Shown in pieces: positions 52,228 through 64,000 of a DNA stretch of 64,000 bases. This DNA comes from Vermamoeba vermiformis. Lineage: Eukaryota. The stretch lies in contig JBEWZL010000215.1 in NCBI GenBank assembly GCA_045837725.1, positions 124,001-188,000 of the forward strand. Direction: 5' to 3'. The first letter of the stretch is position 1; every line of letters starts with the position of its first letter. The notes under the pieces were generated by a model. The model did not search any database. It was given only the letters and a program-made list of their open reading frames with translations, and was not told the DNA's origin. A program made the translations under genes and the position numbers.

Positions 52228-53431
52228 TTATATCCGGATCCAAGTGTGATTTGTACCGCTGTATTTGTATCCTAGATCTGCATGCAATTTTTTCGACACA
52301 ACGTTGTCCGGGTCAATATAACTATGTACAATAGCGGTCTTGTGGCCCTCACTCGTGTCTTCACTGCGCAGTTGTGATATTTTGAGTGACAGATCTGCAA
52401 TCACAGCCTTGCCCAGTCCTCGTCCTCGATAGGCCTGTTTGGTGTGCACCATGCCTATTGAATAGTCTGCACCATAGTTGTTAATTCGATGATATTCGGT
52501 GATATATGGTGTACTTACCGCAGCGAGCAATGCCCCAAGACACAGCACGTGACTCGTAGCTAGGCTCGGTGTCAACCACGTGACATTGTTCGGTGGTTTT
52601 GATGCACGATGAAGGTCTGTTCTTGATGGCCTCGTGCACAATGTCGTAACTGCGCACATTGGAATAGGTCCAGTACTTGTGCACAATGTTGGTGTCTGCT
52701 TCGCTGAGCGGTTGAGCTGTCAAAGTGTCACAATTAGACCGACAAGCTTAATGTCATATTCAAGCTCGTACCTGGTGTGAGTTCATTGGTGTTGTCGCCG
52801 TTCATGTGTTTGTTCAGTGCTAGTGACGCTTTGTTAATGTCATCCAAGATCCACAACTCGTACGTGGCATCAGTCTGCAGCAGTTAGAATCGAATAAATT
52901 AGCAGTGCTATCATATGATCCTTACTACTGGTCGCTTATCTAACTTGCCCAGCGCAGTTTTGATCGCAGTTATAATCGGCTGTTCAGTGCACGCGAAGAG
53001 ATAATTGAATGCGAGGCCCTTGAAGTCACCCAACTCTGCCGCAGTCCAGTCCAATGTCTCGTGCAGCAGTTGGTCGACGTCATTAGGGTCTCCATACACA
53101 TTGTAATAGAAGTCACGCTCGTCGTACGACATGGCACCTTTTTTTTTTAATGTCAGATCTCCGTTAGAGGAACTTTAAAATGAAAAATACAGCACTGTAT
53201 TTAACTTGAATATTATCCCTCGCTTTTTTAAATTATTTGAGTGATCTGAACCGAATAATACTTACAAGAAATGTGATCGTTCTTCTTGATAAAAGTCCAT
53301 ACGGTATTATTAATTGAATATTCTCTGTTAATGTTAATAATGTTGGACAATCGAACACTCGGATGTCGCTTCAACAAGTGTAGATTGAGGTCTGAAATTT
53401 CCTCCTGTGTTATACGGCGCGCTCCTTTCAT
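52228..53431 (-). CDS. GNAT acetyltransferase (glycine-N-acyltransferase/FR47-like)
   Basis: IGMVHTKQAYRGRGLGKAVI (acetyl-CoA motif A), NVVSKKLHADLGY. Confidence 0.8.
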
Positions 53432-53581
53432 ATTAACTGCTGCAATATGTTACAGTTCTGTCGTGCCGCAGTAGGCGTCAAAAAATAAAATGCAGCGACA
53501 ACCACTTTAGTTGCTGATCCAAGCACGTGAACACAAAGCACCATATAATAATACTATTTGTTGTATAATCACTCTACGAAA

Positions 53582-54103
53582 ATGATGGAAAGACGAAGGA
53601 CGGCGAAAAGGTTGCAACGACCTAAGGACAGCAAAACGAACGAGTACGGATTTGTTGTATCCGCCAGCGATAAAGTGGACCCTAGCAATGCATTGGTAAG
53701 ACATGAGTAGGGATAATAAACTTAGATACGGAAATTAGTGTATTATTTCCTCTGGATTCACTGAACAAATATTTTCCGAATTTATTTTTTGTTTTACCGC
53801 ACGTGAAAAATATTTAAATAATACGGCAATATTAATTATAATAGTATTATTGTGGAAGTTAATATTTTTTCACCAATTTTTCTGACTTTTCTTTGTTCGA
53901 AGCTCACGGTGGATTTGAACCACATCGATATTGGCTCGTTACGCAACTACAAGCGCATTCACAAACTACGTACTAGACAAAATAATGCTTCTAAAGCTGA
54001 ATTAGTCTCCGCAGCGATCAAACACTTTCAATCTTGGAACACCTTGCCGCCAGAAGAAGAGATCATCGAAACATTCATCTTAAATATCAAAAGCTCACAA
54101 TAA
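53582..54103 (+). CDS. SAP30: SAP30 Sin3-binding domain protein
   Basis: VDLNHIDIGSLRNYKRIHKL..SKAELVSAAIKHF..EEEIIETF. Confidence 0.75.
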
Positions 54104-54399
54104 TAGCACTAACAATATGTTTTAACTCGATAATGTACAGTTTGCAGCTTTCAAATTGAAAGTTGAGCTTAAATCTACTAAAAAGGCAACTCTTTATGTA
54201 CAGGTGTAATAAATTCACGTTATATTACTTCAATTGTTAATATTTAGCAAATTCGTAAGTAGGGGGAAGAATAGAACAGCCTGACATGTGTCTGAATTGC
54301 CACACGTAACGCTGAAGTCTCGCTTAAATTAGAACCTTCGAATTTTACAAATAAATAAAACAATAACAAAATAATGATAATGGAAGATTATAGTAATCT

Positions 54400-55659
54400 C
54401 TACTTCTTCTTGAGTGCTTCAAGCTCTTGCTTCAATTTGGCATTCTCGCTCGTCAATTCGTCAATCTTTGCTCGCATTTCATTCAATTGCTTGCTCTAGA
54501 GTCAAGAATTAATACATGTACATAGGGATATATATAATATATTACATACAGTAGCCTGCTCATGCTCTTGAATGAGTGATTGGATCAGCTGATCAATCGA
54601 CTTCTTCAAAGGACCCTTTTGAGTGATCAAATGGTCAACAAACAGATCAACTACAGGACCACTAATAGTCGAAGTGTTGAGTAGCTGTGGGACACTCTCT
54701 GCCTTCTTAATCTCGGTCACAACAGGTGCTGCTGTCACGGGCACTGACTCCGTGAACTTGACTTGTGGCTCGCCGAATCTGACTTTGGGTTCTTCATTGA
54801 CAGTCACTTGAGCAGCGTGATGACGGGGCGAGGCAATAGTTTCAGACCTCTTAGTGTGCTTGTCTTTCTTGTCTTTCTTATCCTTCTTGTCTCGCTTCGA
54901 CTCGTGCTTGGATGTGCTCGTCGTTGTCGTTGCTGCAGAGGTCTTGACCGGCTCCAAATTCAAATGAATTGCGCTTGGTTTCTTACTGTGACTTCTCTTG
55001 TGCTTCTCTTTCTCCCTCTCTTTGTCTTTCTCCTTCTCTTTGTCTTTTTCTTTCTCTTTGCGATCTCGTTTCTCTAGATCGCCACGAGCAGTCTTTGGTG
55101 GCTCCGGAGCCTCTTCTCGCGGAGAATTCTGTTTGACTTTGCTATTCACGGCCACAGTACCGACTGTTTGTGAGCGAGGTCTAACTTGTCCTTCAGGATC
55201 ACGAGGAGATCTTTTGTCTCCACCTTGAACCAACGCCTCAGACGAAGATTGTCGCACAACCTTGGTAGGAGGGTACTTATACCATTCGCTTGCATATTTC
55301 TGTCGCTCTTAGAACGAATCTATGTGGCCGAAATTAGTTCGAAAATTCATGGATCCAGCTGTTTATCTCGAAAGCAACGATTTCATTAAAATAATAAATT
55401 TCAATTCCATCTTATATTTTTCGAATATTACCATAGATACATAGCCCTCTGCTGTTGAATTTTCCTTTTTTAACGCATACTTCATTCTGCGCGGGGAGAT
55501 CAGCTCGCTTTCCTCGGCTAACGGCACGGCACTATATTTATAAATATTAAGACATATTTATCCATAATAATATTGCAAGAACCGCGGCTGAATTTAGTAC
55601 CTGCGAGCGGCAGAATCTTGGGTAGATGTGATTTCTCCTGTAACTTGTGGAGCGCTCAT
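54400..55659 (-). CDS. Unknown low-complexity Lys/Glu/Ser-rich protein with a C-terminal coiled coil
   Basis: Long ORF 54502-55257 plus small flanking exons with GT-AG sites; no recognisable domain. Confidence 0.6.
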
Positions 55660-55930
55660 TTCGTATTCGATAATGTTGTTTCGTGGTGCTGGATCTGATC
55701 ACGAATCATGACGAATAACACCGTTCTGGAAAATCTTTTGTTGCCGTGACACCGATGACAGCTGTCATAGATTTCAGCCAAACAGACACCATTGCATAGA
55801 ACTGCGCCAAGTCAAGTATTATTCCGTGAGATGGTAGTAGCTTCCAGCAACGCACATGCATTCTCCCGGAGATTTTCTGCGTCAGGACTCGAGTAAGTTT
55901 TTTGGACCGTCACGGAAATATTTGCTAACT

Positions 55931-57005
55931 TCAAGTGTTGAACAAGCGAGAATACAGCGTGTCGTGCGAGCCCTGAATAATATCCAAAAGAGGACAAGTC
56001 TGGCCGAGCTGTTCTAACGGCCTGTCGATGTGCTCGCTCACAATCTTTTGTGCCAGCTGATAACAACTGGCTTGAATGCGCTGTCCTTCAATAGGTCCAA
56101 TCATATTCATCCGCACAGCTGCTGAGACTACAGCACGCAGTGACGCGTACATGAACACTTGGCCAATACGCACGTGATCTTCTTCGAGGTCCAGTCGCTT
56201 GCAAATAAGGCCAAATAGCGGTGCAAAATGACCTTGAATCGACTTGGTGACACGTGGCACTTTGACATCTGTCGGCGGATACTCGTACGTGTTGATGAAG
56301 GCCTTCACTTCTTTCAAGCGATTGTTCGGGAAACAATTGACTAGGCAACAGATCGTTAGAACTAATCGTAAAGGAGTGCTGCACTCGTACCAGCAGTGAT
56401 GATCAAGGACATGCCCATCGCAGTGCTGGCTCTGTGTGTCACGTGATTGCTGACCGTGCACTGCTCCGTCAACAAGTCCAACTCCGCGTACTTCATCAAG
56501 TCCTCGCCGTGCACAAATGCCTCGCGCACAATGGGCAATAGTGTGCCTGCAGTCTGTTGCACGTAGAGGCGCAAGTAGTGTGTCAAAGTGTCAGTGGTCC
56601 ATTTTACACGCGGCATCTCCGCTCTGAAGGCTGCTTCGAGTCCTCCGCTGTGCATGAATGCGCCGCTTGGAAAGGCTGAGTCAATGAACTGCCACAGCGT
56701 CCACTGCGGATCTGATCCGATTTGATGAGCTTGCTGTCGACGAAGAATATTTTAATGCTTACCAAACGGAGCGCTAGTATTCTCTGAGTTAACTCCGCCA
56801 ATATCATAATTATTTGAATTTTTTGGGGTCTTATTGCGAATCCACTCTATCAAATTGTCAGCATTATATTAGTCGCCCTAACACCAATACCTTCGCACAT
56901 ATCCTTCAACTCCTTGATGTTAAATTTGTCGCTTATTTGCTTTGCAAGCTCAAAGTTCTCTTCCGTCAACTTGAACTCGCGTGTATCCGATACAATGGAC
57001 TCCAT
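55931..57005 (-). CDS. ureF: Urease accessory protein UreF with an N-terminal extension
   Basis: WQFIDSAFPSGAFMHSGGLEAA, RASTAMG, GHFAPLFG, SAAVRM..IGPIEGQ, IIQGSHDTLYSRLFNT*. Confidence 0.88.
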
Positions 57006-57232
57006 TATAACTGCTGTAGTAAGGCAAGTATTAACACCTTTGAGGAAATGGCTTAGCTATCTCCTCGGTTATGAATCGAGAATGACTTCAAAAAAAAGAG
57101 CGGTTCTTTTGCACTGCTCCAGGGCTGCTTGGTAAAAAACGCCAGCCTGTGTCCATTATTAGACCTATTTATTAACGGTGGACCACTTATCACTCATTAT
57201 AATCAATACTGCAATATTGCTCTAGAAACTAC

Positions 57233-58409
57233 ATGTTCAAAAAGTAAGCAAATCTCAGATCTTTGTCGAATCTGCAATTCAGCAAGTTTCTTTTTAAGAT
57301 CATCCTGTAAATAACTCTAATTAGTTATTTCTGCGATCCTTAAAATAGAATATAACCTCTATGGCAGCAAAAAAAAAATAATTATTTTCTAAAATTATTA
57401 GTTCGGCTTTGCTAGCACCAAATAATATTATTTATGCACCAATGTTAACCGCAATATATTATAATTATTAAAATAATTTATTGTGCCTTTTAAATATTGA
57501 GAAGGCAATTTTATTGTCAGATCTCGTCCTGATCTCATTTTTGTAATCAACCAGATTTGACAACGAGTCAGTTACCTCAAAGAACCTGCTTAAGACTTCA
57601 GTACAACGTGGTATTCGATCATCCATCCTCGAACAGTACCCCGCTCTAGAGCCTTACATGGACGACATTATGCCCAAGAAACAACAAGGTCATTTGTACA
57701 AATGGTGCGTATTATTTGCTAATGCTAGGTTATTCTTTAACGACGTAATACTTATTATCGTATATAGCACCGGCTACATTACATTTTTGGTGATGAATAA
57801 CGAGCCTTTATTCTACAACGAGAACGACGGTCCTTGGTTCCCCACACTGCGCTTATTGCACAAATGTAAGTGTGTTGCAATACCCACGTCTCACGATTGC
57901 ATCTTCTCATCGTGTTTATGTTACAGATCCTTTCTTCATGACCACAGTTCAAGTAGATCGTGGTGCCATTAAATTCGTGTTGAGCGGTGCTAACATTATG
58001 TGCCCTGGTATGACGAGCAAGGGCGGCAAGTTGGAGCATGATTTCAAGGCTGGCACTCCTGTCGTAAGTCCCCTGTTTGATTGAACAACACTGCCACTCG
58101 TGCGCGATGTCATAAGATGTCCTAACTGAGCTAACCCTTGCAGTGCATTATGGCTGAAGGCAAAGAACACCCGCTAGCTGTTGGCATCACCAAGATGACT
58201 CGTGATGAAATGTAAGTCGTGAGAAAGTGTCACATGCACCCACTTCTATCAGCGAGTAATAACATTGATGTAGTGTTAAAACTAACAAAGGCATTGGTGT
58301 CGATAACGTGCATTATTTGAATGGTACGTAATATGCTTTGATTGTTCGTTCATGAAAACTGACTCACTTTCCTGTAGACGGATTGTGGAAGTTGCAGAAG
58401 TTCGATTAG
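57233..58409 (+). CDS. MCTS1: MCTS1/Tma20 PUA-domain translation reinitiation factor
   Basis: [60 protein letters not shown]. Confidence 0.95.
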
Positions 58410-58546
58410 ATCCTCAGTATGTATCGCTTGCTTGTAACTATTGCCCATAATAAACCTGTCTAGTTATTTGTAAGCTTGTGCCAAGTCAGGGCGAAAATCT
58501 TTTCTTTTTTTGTTGAAGCAATTTATACCACGACCACGCACAAATA

Positions 58547-59785
58547 ATGCAACGAGTAATTAAAGACGATAGAATATTTAAGCTATTTCATGCTAAAAAT
58601 AATTGGGTGCTGATTACAGAGCAGGTAAATGAACGAGATATCATTTTAAAAATTTTCAGTTTTTAAACTCAGCCGCCAAGGAAACAAAATTACCAAAAAT
58701 CATTAAATTATAACGATCTTCTAAACCTAATTATTTTGCGAATTAACAATCGAAATTTGCAATTTTAGAGGCCAGATCTGTCAAGTCAATCTTTATTGAA
58801 CGTAACAGGCGAATTTCCCTTCAAAGATATTAAAGATTATTGGGATCAAAACAAAAACATAACACACGTATGTATGATCCGCAATCATTACTCAGCCGTG
58901 AGTTAATTGCAGAACAGATCAGCCACCATGAAAAAAGTGGTTGGATGATTGTTGCAACCAAGTGGACCGAGGAGAAGTATGTTACAATCAAATACAAACC
59001 AGCTTAGCTTACGCTTATCATTAGGAATCGTCCTGTTCAAGGCATTTCGACACACCTTGAGCTTCCCTTGGAAAAAATTCAACAATGCTGGCGAGATGGA
59101 AAGAAGATATCAGATCTGTCGTATTGTAAGTAATGCCAAGGTCGCAGCATCCTACCTCGTCTTTCGATGGGGCCGAGAGAAGGGCTATTTCAAAAACAAC
59201 AAACAGCCTCCTTAGCTCAGATGGTAGAGCGTTGGCCTTCTAAGCCAAAGGTCGCGGGTTCGACCCCCGCAGGAGGCTAATTCTTTTTTTTCCTTTTCCT
59301 CGCCTTGCTTTTTGCCCTTCTTCTGCTTTGCTCTTTCCGACTGTACATATAAATCACAGCGATTTTTTTTTTGTAAAATTTGCTGATTTATGTTAGGCGA
59401 TGGGTTGTGGATCTTATTGACCGAACGAGTTCAAGGATCAGTTGTTGGCCAAGGATTCAGCTCCTCAACTGAATTCCCTAAAGAAGATTTAACCAAAGCC
59501 TGGGAGAGTGGCAGCGCAGTTGACATTCTGACATGGGGAGACAACCAATGGGTCCTCATCACCGGCAAGTCAACTGTCAGCCAAGGTTACTACGCGGTCA
59601 GCGGCGACTTCCCCGTCGATAAGATTCGCAGCTGGTATCGCGAAGAGAAGAAACTGAAGTCAGTAGCATACAGCAAGAAAGAGGACCTATGGGTTTTAGT
59701 ATGGGAACAAAAACCAGAGGTTACCCAAGCTATTTATGTCGACCCAAGTTTCCCTGAAGCGCGTTTGAAAGAAATGGGATTCTAA
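58547..59785 (+). CDS. Tandem-repeat protein (Q...FP...I...W..G..I....W repeats, DUF7477-like)
   Basis: Repeats GEFPFKDIKDYWDQN, LELPLEKIQQCWRDG, TEFPKEDLTKAWESG, GDFPVDKIRSWYREE; intron 59126-59396 hosts a tRNA. Confidence 0.7.
59206..59278 (+). tRNA. tRNA-Arg (anticodon UCU), intronic
   Basis: Full cloverleaf GCCTCCT/AGGAGGC, GCTC/GAGC, TTGGC-CT-TCT-AA-GCCAA, GCGGG-TTCGACC-CCCGC; T-run terminator follows. Confidence 0.95.
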
Positions 59786-59950
59786 ACGAGAAACCATTCT
59801 GTTTGTAATAAATTAACACTAATTACATGTTTATTGAGCTACGTAGTATAATTACATTCCACTTTGTAAGTTGCAGTGTCAGGGTTCAGATCAACTTAAT
59901 GATAAGAATCCATAGCCACCAGCAATACTCTATCAAAATCAAAGTGAATC

Positions 59951-62798
59951 CTAATCGTCGAGTTTCTCAGCAGCCTTGGCCAAGATTTGCTCTTCAGCCA
60001 TGCTCATGCCAAGAACAGACGAGTTCCAAAAGTTGTTGAAGAATGCGTCTTCTTTGCTGAAGCGTTGAGGACCATTCTGGACGTTCTTAATATCGAGCAC
60101 GAGCGAGCCCAACATCTTCAAGCGGTCAAAATCAACGCGACCTTCGCACTCAGATGAGGTCACTTCGAGCACGTTGAAAATGTCCTTTAAGCAAACAGCT
60201 GAAACATTTTGTTAGTACACGCACTCCGATGACTGCATGACTTATTATTAACTTACCAAGAATGGGCACAACAGGTTGCGGCTCTTTGTTGGCTAGATCT
60301 GCCTTCAAAGCCTTACGATAACCGCTGTAGTTACTCAACAGCATGTCTTGAACAGTGTCAAAGACCCTCTTGAAGTTCTTAGGCACTTCTTTCCAAGCAC
60401 TGGCTAAACGAGCTCGTTCACAGACAAGATTAATGCCCAAATAGATCTCGAGCATTGCGTTGTAGTTTTTCAAGTCAATTACGCTTTTGAGCAACATCAA
60501 CAGCTTCTTGAACTTGTGCAACTGCTCTTTGTGAGACTGACTCGAAATTAATTCGGCGGCAATCCAGTTGCTCATCTATAGAAGGAACATTAAAAGTCTG
60601 TCGTGGATGTGGTCGGATAGACTTACTCTGTTGCAATGCATGGTCATGCGGTGAATATTAGGTGTTCTCAGTGCAGCATCAGGTTTGTTCCAAGCACCAC
60701 TGTAGAGCTCTTCAATGGTCAAGGAGCGGAACATGTCGCCCTCGATCTTGGTCAGTTGGCAAGCGAATATTTCAGCATCCATATTCATGAATGTAGGCTT
60801 AAAGAGCGGCTCTTGTGTTTTCTTAACTTGAATACGAGCAGCAAGCGATTCCAAGATTTTCTACAGCAAAGTTAGATCTACCCCAGATTCGGTAAAAGAT
60901 ACGCACCTCGCTTTCTTCATTGGCAGCAGTCTGAGTGCGAGGTGATTGACGAGGAGAAGCGCGGCTCAAGCACTAAAAGCGGAAATGATCGGTTAATAAA
61001 TTTTGGAATTCACGATCGGGTATTGATTGACGCTGTCAACGCGATGCGTGACTGTTGACATCTGAAATTGGTCAAACGAGTACTTACGGTAGTAATTAAG
61101 CGCTCAATCTCGTAGTATTCTGATTGGTACTCTTCTCGTAACTTGTGCTTGAATCTGGACAACCGATCGTAGGCCTTGATGCCATCGGGGCTGCCAGTGT
61201 CAAAATCTCGTTCATAGCACAATTGGATCCAAGTCTCCATAAAATTAAACAGCCTAATTACAAAGATTTTGTCAGAATCAAATTGAAGAATCGGATCTGA
61301 AATTTAAAAAACTTACTTGCGAATTTCTTCAGGTCTACTAGTCTTCTCAAACCTATCAATATGCATATTTTAGCAAAATTGTGAGATGCATTGCGCTTCT
61401 TACATTTTAGTGACCCAGTACATGAGACGCGATGGATTTGTTGCCGTTACGAATAGATTGCTCGAACGGAAAGCCATAACGAAGCTGCTAGTAGTCTTCG
61501 CGTCGCCTATAAATTATAAAAATATTATTAAAATCATTCCTCACCGCGATCCGTGGAGATTCCCAATCAAATTGATCGCAGCCTTGATACGCACCGTTCA
61601 AAACGACCCACTCGAATATTTCTTTCATCGTTGCGTTCTCGCGTGGTGTTAGTTCTGCGCTGGATGATAAATCTAAACTCGAGCGTGCTGACTCGAATGA
61701 AAACTCCTGGATAGAGCCTTGAGAACTGTTCGATCCAGAACGAGCGCGGCTCAAAGGAAGAGTAGGGATCTAATAATATGATTGGTATTGTGTCATTGAT
61801 AGTTTCATTTACTAACCTCTTGGCTCGGGGCAGAATCTAAACGACGTTTTTTGCCAGGGCTAGATGCGACAGCGTAAGCGTTTGCCTCGACAGAAGACAA
61901 GGTCTTATTGATTAAAACTAATTATACTACATTAATATCGCACAATAAGCGAGCAAACAGTGTATAATAACACGTACCAGCCTTGTCTCGGCGTGATTGT
62001 CTCAACATTTCTCTCTTAGCTTCAGTTCTGCTCTTAATTGTAGCGCTCGGTGAGAAGGTTAATTGCACAGCATCAACCATCGTAAATTTAACGCGAGAAC
62101 TGTCAGGTTGTTCTGGTGCGAATGGATTCGCGGAGCCGGATTGTAATGCTGACAAATCCAATGGCGGGGTCTTGCCTTTAGGCGAAGAATTGCTGCTAGC
62201 AAGTCCTAACACTGCTGGACGAGCAGGACTGCTTCGTTTCTCTTTTTTAACGGGAGAATTCTTGGGAGATCCCGAGGCTGTCTTTTTCGAGACTTTGTCC
62301 TTGGGCGAGAAGTTAGTCAACAAGTTCTTCATAAACTCCTTGGCTTTATTCTCCTTATTCGAAGCTTTCATGCTCGAATGTTTCTCGCTGTAAACACAGA
62401 AAAATTAGTACGACTAGTCGTTTCAAAAAAATCACCAAGATTACGTAACACAAATCATTGTCTTATAAGCAATATTGCAATGCATACCTCTTGCTCGATT
62501 TAACAGGAGTGCTCGGCTGAGACTTTTCAATAACTGGATCGGATTGCACGAGATTCGCGTGATTATTTTCTATTTCCATTTGACCGCTTGCGAATAAAGC
62601 CGCTGCTTTAAATGGTGTAATAGACAGTGATTTTCTTCTATTAATCCTCGTCTTTCCATCGCCCAGAGAGTCAATAAAGGCTAGATCGGCATTACTCGCA
62701 TTTTCGAGCTCGCCGACGAGTTCAGAGACCTTTCTGCGATCTCCGGTACTAATAATATTGTCGTGATGAGTCGCCAAAGACTTTCTGCGGTGAGCCAT
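59951..62798 (-). CDS. RasGEF (REM + CDC25 domain) protein
   Basis: FACQLTKIEGDMFRSL..ELYSGAWNK..TPNI, NWIAAELI, LKNYNAMLEIYLGIN, PVVPIL, RVDFDRLKMLG. Confidence 0.88.
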
Positions 62799-63071
62799 GG
62801 TGATTACGAAAAGAATAAATAAAAATTGACCCGTTCTTTGATGGTGAAAAAATTGTGAAAATTTGACCGTTACCAAGTTCAAATTTTTAAGCGGGAAATG
62901 TTATAGTGAGAATATGTTAAAGACAGTAACAAGCCCACTCGTGCTAAATTATAATTATGTGAACTTACGAATAGTATCTTCGTCAGACAAACCAGCGGCT
63001 GAATCCAAGATCGAATTGTTGGGCAGATTTGAAGCATTACTGGCGCTGGCATGATTCGCAATAGTCAAAAT

Positions 63072-64000
63072 TTATTTCTGACGGCTAATTACAACTTCTG
63101 TCAAATCGATCAAGGCTTGTTTCGCAGGTGAGTCGCTAAAAACAGAGATGGCATCCAAAGCCAATTTACAATGATGCATGGCGAGCTGTTTCGTTCTGCT
63201 CAATCCTTCGCTATTTTGTACGAGTTCTTGTGCCTATAAATTATTATTAGAATTATTTCAGGCAATTTAAATCTGTTAACGTACTCGTGCCACATCTCCT
63301 TCTTGAGAGAATTGTCTTTGCACCATAGACTTGAGTTCAGGATATTGTTCAACGGCGTAAAGTGCAGGAGCAGTGGCGAGACCTAATTTTAAGTCGTTGG
63401 CCACTGGTTTGCCGAGTGACTCTTCGGTGCCCACGTAGTCCAGCATGTCGTCGATCAGCTGCGCCAGAGGTTAGACTGCTGACTCATAACTAGATAACGC
63501 AACACTTACTTGGAAGGCGAGACCGAGGTGACGGCCGTATTGAGTGGCACGTTCGATAATGTCCTTCTCGTAACCACCAATGATGGCAGCACAACGGCAC
63601 GAGTTGGCAATCAAAGAAGCAGTTTTGAGGTAAGTTTTCTGTCAATTAGGTCAGCTACGATGTTCTTCTCTAGCTCCATGCTCTATACATACCTCCATAT
63701 AGTAATTGAAATCGAGTGCGTGTTCAGGAGTGGCTTGCATAAACTCTCCTTCGACGAGATCCGAAATGACTCTGCAAAAAATTGTGTTAAGAATAATAAG
63801 ATCGCTGTGATATGAATAATAGGGCAAAAGACGGGGATATTTAAGCAGGAAGAAGGCAAAAAGCAAGGCGAGGGAAAAGGAAAAAAAGAATTAGCCTCCT
63901 GCGGGGGTCGAACCCGCGACCTTTGGCTTAGAAGGCCAACGCTCTACCATCTGAGCTAAGGAGGCTGTTTGTTGTTTTTGAAACCGCCCTTCTCTCGGCC
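63072..64000 (-). CDS. Trans-polyprenyl (deca-/solanesyl) diphosphate synthase, COQ1/PDSS1-like (5' end outside the window)
   Basis: DLVEGEFMQ, KTYLKTASLIANSC, LGLAFQLIDDMLDY, LGKPVANDLKLGLATAP; from 63772 onward is intron. Confidence 0.9.
63893..63965 (-). tRNA. tRNA-Arg (anticodon UCU), identical second copy, apparently intronic
   Basis: Exact reverse complement of 59206-59278. Confidence 0.95.

Noticed and set aside
59206-59278. AGA-to-Lys codon reassignment: the tRNA-UCU has U20 and U73, and two AGA codons in EF1A (43474, 44032) fall where Lys occurs in other species
   Set aside because: AGA encodes conserved Arg in MCM3 (HIRGDIN at 19248-19250, [12 protein letters not shown]), so the standard code fits

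Overview
This is a gene-dense eukaryotic window with about 28 intron-containing genes, short intergenic gaps and mostly 40-70 nt introns. It is probably from an amoebozoan (inference): EF1-alpha lacks the opisthokont insertion, and a FYVE-pseudokinase-WH2 'Slob' protein, a formin and a RasGEF are present. Genes I reconstructed by hand across splice sites: Asp/Asn beta-hydroxylase, cyclin K/T, BCAS3-like, SNM1A, V-ATPase e, SANT+C2H2 factor, XPB, NUFIP1, CAPZA, MCM3, formin, CH-domain protein, Bet1-like SNARE, two SET proteins, Slob, FAAP100-like, EF1A, PTEN-like, URB2, GNAT, SAP30, UreF, MCTS1, RasGEF and polyprenyl synthase. Highlights: (1) a spliced gene joining an ATP-dependent RNA-ligase-type nucleotidyltransferase domain to a polynucleotide kinase, a candidate RNA repair enzyme; (2) two 71-nt AT-AC minor-spliceosome (U12) introns; (3) two copies of a tRNA-Arg(UCU) cassette with shared flanks, each inside an intron of an unrelated gene; (4) a strongly over-represented TGACA-NN-TGTCA palindrome, mostly in introns and exons; (5) an orphan TYW1 exon fragment. 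Family assignments rest on remembered motifs; no database searches were run. Exon boundaries are manual.
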